NCBI GenBank assembly: GCA_038230375.1
Contig: JBBRNJ010000005.1
Span: forward strand, 96,001-160,000
Reading direction: 5' to 3'
DNA: 64,000 nt
DNA from: Polyangiales bacterium
GTDB taxonomy: Bacteria > Myxococcota_A > Polyangia > Polyangiales > Polyangiaceae
Of this stretch, positions 26,389 to 35,127 are shown piece after piece. The notes beneath the pieces are model-generated. The model was not told the origin of the DNA and ran no database searches. It saw only the letters and a list, made by a program, of their open reading frames with translations. Each line of letters starts with the position of its first letter. The stretch's first letter is position 1. A program made the position numbers and the translations under genes.

Positions 26389-29092
26389 GGGCGTGGCGCG
26401 CGTCGTCGGGCTGTCCTCGCGCCGGCCGTACACCATTCTCTTCGCCGCGCTGGTCGTCATGCTCGGGTGCGTGCTGCTCGGCCGCAAGCTCGACGTGCGC
26501 TCGGACCTGCTCGAGCTCCTGCCGCGCGAGAGCGCAGGCTTCCGCGCCTTCGAGCACCAGCTCGGGCGCGTGGGTGGAGGCGCCACGCTCATCGTCATCG
26601 CGGAGTCCGCCGACAAGAAGGAGAACGAGCGCTTCATCGACGAGCTCGCGCGCGATCTCGAGGCCCGACCAGACCCGCGCGTACGCTACGTGGAGGCCGG
26701 CACAAAGGACGTGCGCGCCTACTACGAGCGCAACAAGTGGCTCTACGCGACCATCGACGATCTTCGCGACGCCGACTCGACGCTGGACCACCAGATCGCC
26801 CTGAAGAGCGGGCTGGTGTCCGATCTGTCCGACGATCCGCCAGCGCCAGCGCCTTCCGCGTCTGGCGCCACCCCGAAGGCCGCGGGTGCGGAGCAGCCAA
26901 GGCCCGCGCTGGGAATGGACGCGTTCGACGCGCGGTGGCGCTCGAAGGCCGACGAGAAGGACAAGTTTCCCTCTGGCTACTTCGAGTCCGACGACGGGCA
27001 TCTGGTCGGCCTTCGCATGGTGTCCTCCACGAACCTGGGCGACGTACGCGGCGACTCGCTCCTCGCGGAGATCGATGCGCGCGTGGTCCGGCTCCGCGCG
27101 CACGGCTTCTCGCCCGAACTGCATGTAGGATACACGGGGGACGTCGCCAGCGCCGCGGACGAGAAGAAGGCGCTCGTCAGCGACGCAGTGTGGGCGACGG
27201 CGCTCGCGCTCTCGATCATCTTCGTGGCGATCATCGCCTACTACCGGTCCATCTTCGCGCCGTTCATCGTCGCGCTACCAGCGTTCTTCGGCGTGGCTGC
27301 TGCGTACGCGTTCGCGGAGCTCGCGTTCGGCTACATCAACACGTCGGGCGCGTTCCTGGGCGCCATCATCCTGGGCAACGGCATCAACTATCCGATCGTG
27401 CTGCTGTCCCGGTACAAGGAGTTCCGCGCGCGCGGCATGGAGCCGGAGCAGGCGCGGCAAGAGGCCGTGTGGAACGCGTTCCGCGCGGAGCTCGTGGGGG
27501 CATGCGTTGCGTCCATCGCGTACGGTTCGCTGCTGGTCACGCAGTTCCGCGGCTTCAGCCAGTTCGGCGCGATCGGCTTCTTCGGCATGCTCTTCGTGTG
27601 GGCGTCGATCATCCCGCTCGTGCCCGCGCTCCTGGTGCTCGTGGAGCGGTGGCAGTCGAAGCTGCCGCGTGCGCTCCGGGACCGAGCCGAGCACGTGCGG
27701 GAAGACGGCAGCCGCAGCGCTCTCGTGTCGGCGTTGTCGCGCGTGACGGAGCGCCATCCGTGGGTGTTTCTGGCCGTCGGGCTCTCGCTCACGGCGCTCG
27801 CGTGCGTGAAGATCCCCGGCTACCTGCGCGATCCGTGGGAGTACGACTTTGGCAAGCTCGGCTCCAAGAGCTCCGACGTGCGCGGGGCAGGGGAGTGGTC
27901 CAACAAAGCGAACGTGGTGTTCGGCGGCAAGATGAACATCGCCGGCGCGCTCATGCTCGCGGACACACCCGAGCAGGTCCCCTTGCTCAAGAAGGCCATC
28001 GAGGAGAACGACGCGCGCGATCCGCAGGGCACGATGATCGCGGAGATCACCACGATCGAGAGCTACCTTCCCGGCAACGAGCCAGAGCAAGAGGCGAAGC
28101 TCGCCGTGCTGGACAGCATCCGCGACCGCCTGTCTCCGCGCGTGCTCGCGGACTCGGACCCCGAAGAGCGCAAGACCCTGCTGGGCATGCGCCCGCCGGA
28201 GTCGCTGCACCCGCTCGGGCCCGTGGACCTGCCTCCGCTCCTCGCGCGCCGATTCACGGAGAACGACGGCCGCACCGGGACCATCCTCTACGTCAAGCCG
28301 AAGAACGACATCGTCTTCGCGGACGCGCACAACCATCTGCGTCTCTCGCGCACCACGGACAACGTGCGCCTTCCGGACGGCACCGTGGTGATGACAGCGA
28401 GCCGTTCCACCATCTTCGCGGAGATGATCCGGAGCATGCGACGGGACGGGCCGCTCGCCTCCATTGTTGCGTTGGTCCTGGTCCTCGTGGTGGTGCGCGC
28501 CGCATCGCGCGGCACGCGGCAGCTGGCCGTGGTGGCGGTCTCGCTGCTCTTGGGCGTGTCGTGGCTCCTCGGGGTGGCCGCGTGGTTCGACTTCCGTGTG
28601 AACTACGTGAACTTCATCGCGTTGCCCATCACGCTGGGTATCGGCTGCGAGTACCCGTTCAACATCGCGGACCGCACACGCATGCTCGACTGGAATGCGC
28701 CCATGGCAGTGCGGCGCTCCGCGGGCGCCGTCATGCTCTGCAGCTTCACCACGATCGCGGGCTACGGCTCGCTCGTGCTGTCGGACTTCCAGGCGCTCGC
28801 GTCGTTCGGAGAGCTGGCGGTGGTCGGCGAAATCGCGTGTATCTTCTCCGCGATCTTCGTCGTGCCGTCGCTGTTCCGCGTGCTCCCGATGCGCCGGCGC
28901 CCCACTGACGGGGCGTCCGCGCAGTCGTCCGGGCAACCACAAGCCGAATCAGACGCTACTGATCGCAGTTCTCGAAGCGGAACTGGGCCTCGCCAGCGCA
29001 GGTGCGGTTCTGATCCGAGCGATTCAGGTTCGGACAGCGGAGTGTTCCCCACACACGCCCGGGCGCAACACCCATGTTCTGGTTCTCGGTGA
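26378..29092 (+). CDS. MMPL/RND family transporter
   Basis: Two RND halves. DLLELLP, GAIILGNGINYPIVLLSRY, ITLGIGCEY, AVMLCSFTTIAGYGSL and LASFG motifs. Overlaps the GT87 stop by 11 bp. Confidence 0.92.
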   Translation: MLREGVARVVGLSSRRPYTILFAALVVMLGCVLLGRKLDVRSDLLELLPRESAGFRAFEHQLGRVGGGATLIVIAESADKKENERFIDELARDLEARPDPRVRYVEAGTKDVRAYYERNKWLYATIDDLRDADSTLDHQIALKSGLVSDLSDDPPAPAPSASGATPKAAGAEQPRPALGMDAFDARWRSKADEKDKFPSGYFESDDGHLVGLRMVSSTNLGDVRGDSLLAEIDARVVRLRAHGFSPELHVGYTGDVASAADEKKALVSDAVWATALALSIIFVAIIAYYRSIFAPFIVALPAFFGVAAAYAFAELAFGYINTSGAFLGAIILGNGINYPIVLLSRYKEFRARGMEPEQARQEAVWNAFRAELVGACVASIAYGSLLVTQFRGFSQFGAIGFFGMLFVWASIIPLVPALLVLVERWQSKLPRALRDRAEHVREDGSRSALVSALSRVTERHPWVFLAVGLSLTALACVKIPGYLRDPWEYDFGKLGSKSSDVRGAGEWSNKANVVFGGKMNIAGALMLADTPEQVPLLKKAIEENDARDPQGTMIAEITTIESYLPGNEPEQEAKLAVLDSIRDRLSPRVLADSDPEERKTLLGMRPPESLHPLGPVDLPPLLARRFTENDGRTGTILYVKPKNDIVFADAHNHLRLSRTTDNVRLPDGTVVMTASRSTIFAEMIRSMRRDGPLASIVALVLVLVVVRAASRGTRQLAVVAVSLLLGVSWLLGVAAWFDFRVNYVNFIALPITLGIGCEYPFNIADRTRMLDWNAPMAVRRSAGAVMLCSFTTIAGYGSLVLSDFQALASFGELAVVGEIACIFSAIFVVPSLFRVLPMRRRPTDGASAQSSGQPQAESDATDRSSRSGTGPRQRRCGSDPSDSGSDSGVFPTHARAQHPCSGSR

Positions 29093-29534
29093 ACGTTGCG
29101 GTGCAGTCGGTCTGGCGGAAGTGGCCATAGTCAGCGCGCTGGAAGTTGGAGATGAGGCCGGTCTGGTCGCCCGTGGTGGTCATGTGCCCCGTGATGCTGA
29201 CTGTGCCGCCAGAGAGGCCGGACAGTGTGGCGCTCACGGCAATGTCGTAGCCCGCGGCGTCGTTGCCCTTCACGCTGCACGTGATGTCGACGGGGCCGTT
29301 GCCGTTGTCCTCGCCGCTGTTCACCGGGCGGACCGGGACGAGCGGCGGATTGCCGAACGCGCCGATGTCCACCCAGTCCGTGGATGCGATGGGGCACTCA
29401 ACGGAGGTGTGGGCGCCTGGGCTGAACGTCGCCTCCAGGATGACGCGACGTCCAGGGGGCGCGGGGTCGGAGCATCCAGGCGCACAGAAGACGGCGATGC
29501 TCACGGGCACGACGAAAGCCAAGGAACGGATCAT
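28956..29534 (-). CDS. Hypothetical lipoprotein
   Basis: GAGG upstream of the ATG, lipobox-like APGC-SDP, a beta-rich Cys-containing body, and the ending FRFENCDQ. Confidence 0.72.
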   Translation of the reverse strand: MIRSLAFVVPVSIAVFCAPGCSDPAPPGRRVILEATFSPGAHTSVECPIASTDWVDIGAFGNPPLVPVRPVNSGEDNGNGPVDITCSVKGNDAAGYDIAVSATLSGLSGGTVSITGHMTTTGDQTGLISNFQRADYGHFRQTDCTATFTENQNMGVAPGRVWGTLRCPNLNRSDQNRTCAGEAQFRFENCDQ

Positions 29535-29548
29535 GGGCACCTCTCGGA

Positions 29549-30706
29549 TCAGGATAGCGCGGCTCTGAACCCGCGGTCGAGATCCTCGCGCAAATCCGAC
29601 ACATCCTCGATACCGACGCTCAAACGAAGCAGTCCGTCGCCGATCCCGAGGGCCGCGCGTCCCTCCGCGGTCAGGCTGGCGTGGGTCATGATGGCCGGAT
29701 GCTCTGCAAGGGATTCCACGCCGCCCAGGCTCTCTGCGCACGCGAAGACCTTGAGCGACTTGAGGAACTTCGTGGCCGCGGGCAGCCCGCCCTTCACGTC
29801 GAAGCTGATCATCCCACCAAAGCCGCGCATCTGCTTCTGCGCCACGGCGTGGCCCGGGTGGGACGCGAGGCCGGGGTAGATGACGCGCGCGACCTGGGCA
29901 TGGCCTTCCAGATACTCCGCCAAGGTACGTGCAGACTGCACGTGTTGGCGCATCCGCACGCCCAGGGTCTTCAGGCCGCGGAGGACCAGGTAGCAATCGA
30001 ACGGGCTGGGCACCGAGCCCACGGCCTTCTGCAGGAAGTGGAGCGTCTCTCCGAGCTCCTTGTTCGACGTCATGACGCAGCCGCCGACCACGTCAGAGTG
30101 TCCGTTCAGGTACTTCGTGGCGGAGTGCACGACCAGATCCGCGCCGAGCGCGAGCGGGCTCTGCAGGTACGGCGTGGCGAACGTGTTGTCGACCACGCAC
30201 AGGATGCTGCGCTTCTTCGCGAGCGCCGCGATGCGCTCGATGTCGAAGATCTTGAGCATGGGGTTCGACGGCGTCTCGAGCCAGATCATCTTCGTGTTCG
30301 GCTTGAGCGCGGCCTCGACCTTCGCCATGTCCGCCATGTCGATGAGGTCCGCCGTGACGCCGAACTGCTTCATCACCTTGTCGAAGATGCGGAACGTGCC
30401 GCCGTAGACGTCGTCGCCGGAGAGCACGTGGTCGCCGGACTTCAGCATCATGAGGATGGCGGTTGTCGCCGCGCAGCCGCTGGAGAACGCGATGGCATCC
30501 GACGCGCCTTCGAGCGCGGCAAGGCAGCCTTCGAGCGCCGTGCGCGTGGGGTTTCCGGCGCGCGAGTAGTCGTACCCCTTGTGCACGCCTGGGCCGTCCT
30601 GCGCGAACGTGGAGGACAGGACGATCGGCGTCATCACGGCGCCAGAGGCGATGTCGGGGGACTGACCAGCGTGGATGGCGAGCGTGTCGAAACGACCGTC
30701 TTGCAT
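29549..30706 (-). CDS. metB: Cystathionine gamma-synthase / gamma-lyase (PLP-dependent trans-sulfuration enzyme)
   Basis: TLAIHAGQ, YDYSRAGNPTR, DDVYGGT, ETPSNP, VDNTFATP, HSATKYLNGHSD, AESLGGVESL and LRLSVGIE motifs. MetB versus lyase cannot be resolved from motifs alone. Confidence 0.93.
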   Translation of the reverse strand: MQDGRFDTLAIHAGQSPDIASGAVMTPIVLSSTFAQDGPGVHKGYDYSRAGNPTRTALEGCLAALEGASDAIAFSSGCAATTAILMMLKSGDHVLSGDDVYGGTFRIFDKVMKQFGVTADLIDMADMAKVEAALKPNTKMIWLETPSNPMLKIFDIERIAALAKKRSILCVVDNTFATPYLQSPLALGADLVVHSATKYLNGHSDVVGGCVMTSNKELGETLHFLQKAVGSVPSPFDCYLVLRGLKTLGVRMRQHVQSARTLAEYLEGHAQVARVIYPGLASHPGHAVAQKQMRGFGGMISFDVKGGLPAATKFLKSLKVFACAESLGGVESLAEHPAIMTHASLTAEGRAALGIGDGLLRLSVGIEDVSDLREDLDRGFRAALS

Positions 30707-30716
30707 GCGTGTTCGT

Positions 30717-31550
30717 CTAGCACACGGTCCGCAAAAGTTCCGCGACCTCGCGCGCGAACGGGCGCCGTGCGGGCACCGCGTCAAGGCACGACTCGAGCGT
30801 GCGGTAGAGCGCGGCTTCGCCCTGAGAGCGCGGCTCTGGTGCGGAGGGCGTCTCCGTCCCGGCCTCGAGCAAGAGCTCCGGCAGCGAGCGCCCCGCACGC
30901 GGGGGAAGTCCGGTAGATACGTGCAGAGTGCACATGGCCATGGCGAACACATCCGCGGCCTGCGCGTGCGTGGCGTTGTCGGCGTCGCCGCGCGCGACCT
31001 CTGGTGCGGTGTAGAGCGCCGTCCCCGAGAACTCGCCGGTCCCGTGCTCGCCGCCCACGCGAGCAAGCGCGAAGTCCACGAGCACTGCGTCGTCGGGTCG
31101 GAGCACCACGTTCTCCGGGCGGATGTCTCCATGCACGATGCCCAGCGGAGCGCCCTTTCCGTCCGCCGCGTCGTGAACGGCCGCGAGCGCTGCAAACGCC
31201 CGCTTGGCGAACGCGAGCCCGTCTCCGCGCGCGCCGTCTGGTGGCGACGCAGTGACCCCGGTGACCCAGCCGTACATCACGTAGAGGCCGAATGCGTCCT
31301 CGCCTTGCTCGACCAACTTTGGTGCGCCGCGCCCACCGAGCAGCTCGAGCACCAGCCCCTCCCTGGCCATGCGCACCTGCGCGAGCACCTCTTCACGACC
31401 GCGCGATGTGAGCCGACGCAGGCCGTAGCGAACGCCTTCGCGCTCCACGCACGCGAGCGTGTGGAATGCGCTCTTCGCAACAACCTGCACCAGGGTGCAC
31501 CCCAGTAGCTCCTCCGGCCTCACCCTTCCATCTGAGCGCACGTTGGTCAC
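30717..31550 (-). CDS. Protein-kinase-fold protein with degenerate motifs (probable pseudokinase)
   Basis: HGDIRPENVV, LVDFAL, GTALYTAPE, ADVFAM and CLDAVPARRP are present. No Gly-rich loop or VAIK lysine. Start uncertain (31550 or 31523). Confidence 0.7.
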   Translation of the reverse strand: MTNVRSDGRVRPEELLGCTLVQVVAKSAFHTLACVEREGVRYGLRRLTSRGREEVLAQVRMAREGLVLELLGGRGAPKLVEQGEDAFGLYVMYGWVTGVTASPPDGARGDGLAFAKRAFAALAAVHDAADGKGAPLGIVHGDIRPENVVLRPDDAVLVDFALARVGGEHGTGEFSGTALYTAPEVARGDADNATHAQAADVFAMAMCTLHVSTGLPPRAGRSLPELLLEAGTETPSAPEPRSQGEAALYRTLESCLDAVPARRPFAREVAELLRTVC

Positions 31551-31634
31551 ATGTTCAAAGCCGTGTTCCAGTTCGTGGCATTTCTTGCCTTTCGGGTGGC
31601 CGATTCCCGAAAGCGCGGTAAGCGTTAGGGATCC

Positions 31635-32777
31635 ATGCGCCTGCGCCCCCTGACTTTGCTCGCGTGCGCGAGCACGTTGTTCGCTGCGTGCATCGTGGGC
31701 GCATGCGCGTCGGCCGACACGAAGAACGCGGGCGGCGGCGGCGGCGGCGGCGACACGAGTGACGGCGCCGCGAGTGACCCGGAGGGTGGAGCCGCCGGAA
31801 GCGACGGCGGTCCGGGTAGCGAGCCGGACGCCGGTGTGCTCCTGGTGGAAGGTGGCGCCATCGCGTTCACCAGCGCCGTTACCATCTACGTGGAGCCCAG
31901 TGACAACGGCGCAGCGCTGCTTGCGGCCATCAAGGCCGCGCAGAAGAGCGTTCACATCGAGATGTATCTCATGACGGACAACGCCGTTCAGGGAGCGCTC
32001 GTCGCGCAACATGCCGCCGGCCACGACGTGCAGGTGATCCTGAACGAGACCTTCCCTGGGGGGCAGGGTAACAGCAACTCGTCCGCCTTCACGTATCTCA
32101 CGGGCAAGGGCGTCACCGTCAAGTACGCCCCGACCCGGTTCACGTTCACACACGCGAAGACCGTCGTCATCGACGGCACGGACGCGTGGATCATGACCAT
32201 GAACACCACGCAGTCGTCGGCCTCATCCAATCGCGAGTTCCTCGTGCTCGACAAGGATCCGGCGGACGTGTCCGACGCAGAGAAGATCTTCGCGGCAGAC
32301 ATGGCGAACCAGCCGCTCGTGCTTGTGACCAAGCTGGTCGTCTCACCGCAGGCGGACTCGGCGATCGACGCCCGCACGCGCATGATCACGGTCATCAACA
32401 GCGCCACCAAGTCGCTGGATGTGATGGGTGAGGAGCTGAGCGACTTCTCCATCGAGAAGGCCCTTGTCGCCAGGCAGAAGGCGGGCATTTCGGTACGCGT
32501 CGTCCTCTCGGGAAGCACCACGCCTTCGGTATCGCAGAACTCGGCGGTGGCATCCCTCAAGGGGGCAGGCATTCCGGTGAAGTCGATCACCAAGCCCGAC
32601 ATGCATGCGAAGGCGATCGTGGCGGATGGGGTACGGGCATATGTTGGCTCGCAGAACTTCACCCTGACCTCGCTGAACACCAATCGTGAGCTCGGTGTCC
32701 TGATCGGCAATCCGACCGAGATTGCAAAGGTCGAGGCCTCGTTCGCCGCCGACTTCGCGGCCGGAACCGCGCTCTAG
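31635..32777 (+). CDS. Phospholipase D family lipoprotein
   Basis: VGAC lipobox and Gly-rich linker. Two HxKxxxxD motifs, THAKTVVID and MHAKAIVAD...GSQN, plus NRE motifs. Confidence 0.92.
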   Translation: MRLRPLTLLACASTLFAACIVGACASADTKNAGGGGGGGDTSDGAASDPEGGAAGSDGGPGSEPDAGVLLVEGGAIAFTSAVTIYVEPSDNGAALLAAIKAAQKSVHIEMYLMTDNAVQGALVAQHAAGHDVQVILNETFPGGQGNSNSSAFTYLTGKGVTVKYAPTRFTFTHAKTVVIDGTDAWIMTMNTTQSSASSNREFLVLDKDPADVSDAEKIFAADMANQPLVLVTKLVVSPQADSAIDARTRMITVINSATKSLDVMGEELSDFSIEKALVARQKAGISVRVVLSGSTTPSVSQNSAVASLKGAGIPVKSITKPDMHAKAIVADGVRAYVGSQNFTLTSLNTNRELGVLIGNPTEIAKVEASFAADFAAGTAL

Positions 32778-32864
32778 AGCACCGGACGCGACGGCCGGAT
32801 TCGTACGACGCCCCACCGGTGCCCTCGAAATAGGCGCTCGACAATTCTTGTTGTTCGCGGAAGG

Positions 32865-33239
32865 ATGCTGGCTATGGGCATTCGGCGCTTGCCGTCCCTC
32901 TTGTCGGTCATCATCTTCGTTTCCGCCTCTGCGAGCGCGGTCGTCGGCTGCGAAGAGGCCGTACCGCAGAAGATCGTCCTCACGTCCGTGGGGGAGCAGG
33001 TCGAGCTCGTCTCCGAGCCGCCGAACGCGGACATCTACATCGAGATCGGCGAGGTCTCCGGCCGCGCGATGGCGGTGGAGAAGCACGACGCGTTCAACGC
33101 GGCACGGAACGCGCTGCGCAATGCGACGGCAGCGAAGAACGGCACCATCGTCCGCATCGATAACGTCGACGCCAAGGTCGCGTGGGACGTGGGCATGACG
33201 GTCGTCCTGGTCACAGGAACCGCCTACCGCACGAAGTAG
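32865..33239 (+). CDS. Small lipoprotein (YbjQ/DUF4156-like)
   Basis: VVGC lipobox, EIGEVSG...ARNALRNATAAKNG and a C-terminal VTGTAYR pattern. Confidence 0.7.
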   Translation: MLAMGIRRLPSLLSVIIFVSASASAVVGCEEAVPQKIVLTSVGEQVELVSEPPNADIYIEIGEVSGRAMAVEKHDAFNAARNALRNATAAKNGTIVRIDNVDAKVAWDVGMTVVLVTGTAYRTK

Positions 33240-33251
33240 ACGCTCGCGCGG

Positions 33252-33956
33252 TTACTTGTCGAGCGCGGCGCGCATCGTGTCGCGCACGCCCATGATCTTG
33301 GCGACGGTATCCTCGCTGGCGCCAGATGCCTTGGCTTCGTCGATGGCGTCGGTGAGCTGCTTCACCTCGAGCTCCTGCCGCTCCTTCAGCTGCGCGACCA
33401 TGGCGGTGAACGCCTCGAAGAAGTCCTGGAGCTCGTCGCCCTTGCGCGGCCGTCTGTTGAAGTTGAGCCGACCTTCGCCGACCTGCTTCAACAGGCTCTT
33501 CATCATGTAGATGGGCCCGGCGACCTTGTGCGTGAAGTAGATGCCGAGCACACCGATGAGCACGACCATCAGCGTGAGGCCGCCGACCAGCGCCAGGAGC
33601 AGCGTCTTCTGCTGGCCCTCGAGCGCTCTCTGCTGCGCGAGGATCTTGTCGTCGTTGCCGCCGGCTGCCTCCGAGAACGCCTTCGCGAGCTCGGGGTCCG
33701 AGCCATAGATGGGATCGTTCTTGATCGACATCTTCACGACGTCGGAGACCTTCTTGCTCTCCTCCACGACCTTCGCGCCCTCTGCGACGACGGCCTTGCT
33801 CGTGACGAACAGGAAGGCTCCGAGTGGGACCGCGACCATCATCGACACGATGAGGATGAAGCTCGTGTACTTGAGCTGGAAGCGCGAGTCGATCAGGTAG
33901 TTCTTGACGCTACGCTTGTAGCGCGGCGGCGCGCCCGCGTTTGCCGAAGTCGTCAT
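33252..33956 (-). CDS. Two-TM HAMP-domain protein without an output domain
   Basis: NYLIDSRFQLKY followed by TM1. TM2 is followed by THKVAGPIY...RPRKGDELQDFFEAFTAM (HAMP). Confidence 0.82.
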   Translation of the reverse strand: MTTSANAGAPPRYKRSVKNYLIDSRFQLKYTSFILIVSMMVAVPLGAFLFVTSKAVVAEGAKVVEESKKVSDVVKMSIKNDPIYGSDPELAKAFSEAAGGNDDKILAQQRALEGQQKTLLLALVGGLTLMVVLIGVLGIYFTHKVAGPIYMMKSLLKQVGEGRLNFNRRPRKGDELQDFFEAFTAMVAQLKERQELEVKQLTDAIDEAKASGASEDTVAKIMGVRDTMRAALDK

Positions 33957-34062
33957 GTGGAAATTGTACCCCTCCCGCACAGGCGGCGCGAAAAAGAATG
34001 GGAAAAAGAAGCTCTTATCGAAGTACGGCTAGAAGTGTTCACGGCGAGCGTCATGGAAATCT

Positions 34063-34938
34063 TCACAGGAACATCTGGGCGTTCTGAGCGAACTGATCGA
34101 ACGCGAGGGAGGCAGCGGTGTTGAGCAAGTTGTCTTCCGCCGCCTTGTCGCCTCTCCGCCCGACCGCCTGGGAGACGCCCTTGTCGAAGCTGCCCTTCAG
34201 CGCCTTGCCGGGGTAGCTCGACACGGCGACGCTCAGGCGCACCTTCAGCATGAGGCCGTTCGTGGGGTCGTCGACGTAGGACATGCTGACCTGCACGGAG
34301 ATGTAAAAGCCCGTCAGCTTCCGCTTCTGCATCACGCCACGCGCGCCATCCGCGGATTCCCCGGTGGGCGCGAACTGGAACGTGCCGGCCCCATCGAGCT
34401 TCGCGCGCATCGGCTTGATGACCAGGCCCTCGAGCTCATTGGCGCCGCGGGCGGTGTTGTTGGCGATGGCGTAGGCGACGTAGTACTTCGCGTTCGGATT
34501 GTCCGCTGCGGGAGGCGCGCCACCGCCCGGGTCGGTACCGGTGCCGCCACCGGCGGCCTCGATGGACTCGATGGCGCGCGTGATCCCGAGCTTCACGTCG
34601 TTGCTCGGCTCCGAGGAGAGACGACTGCGCAGACAGTTGAGCGCCGATGGTTTGTTCAGGCGCTTGAGCGCGCTCGCGATGGCGGTGCGCACGGCCTCCT
34701 TCTCGTCTGCGAGGGCCTCGCACAGGGACGCGACGGCCTTCGGGTGATCGTCATTGCCCGACTTCCCGCCGAGGGCAAGCGCCGCATTGAAGCGAACGCG
34801 GAAGTCGTCCGACTTGAGCTTCGACTGGAGGAACTCGACCGAGGGCCCATCGTCTGCGCGCGCTTCGGTCGGAGCGCCAGCGAACATCGCGAGCAACGCG
34901 ACGACGAGGACCACTGCGAACGAATGTCCTCTCGACAT
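34063..34938 (-). CDS. Secreted HEAT-repeat protein
   Basis: Signal peptide ending ARA-D. HEAT-like repeats SDDFRVRFNAALALG and LADEKEAVRTAIASALKRL. Confidence 0.8.
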   Translation of the reverse strand: MSRGHSFAVVLVVALLAMFAGAPTEARADDGPSVEFLQSKLKSDDFRVRFNAALALGGKSGNDDHPKAVASLCEALADEKEAVRTAIASALKRLNKPSALNCLRSRLSSEPSNDVKLGITRAIESIEAAGGGTGTDPGGGAPPAADNPNAKYYVAYAIANNTARGANELEGLVIKPMRAKLDGAGTFQFAPTGESADGARGVMQKRKLTGFYISVQVSMSYVDDPTNGLMLKVRLSVAVSSYPGKALKGSFDKGVSQAVGRRGDKAAEDNLLNTAASLAFDQFAQNAQMFL

Positions 34939-35127
34939 GCTTCTCTTCACGGTATCACGCGCGTCTCTCAATTTCCTACCGACGAGTCTGTAGGACGGAG
35001 CGACCGGCAAACACCTTCAATCAAGTCGCGTCCCCCGGGCGGACGACACCAACCACTTCCGCGCCTCGCCCTCGCCCTCCGACCTCGACCCACACATCGC
35101 CCTTGCGCTGGCGTTCGCGTATGCTCC

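Noticed and set aside
31576..31589. Sigma54 promoter (tggcatttcttgc) upstream of the PLD gene
   Set aside because: The GG-to-GC spacing is 8 rather than the required 10.
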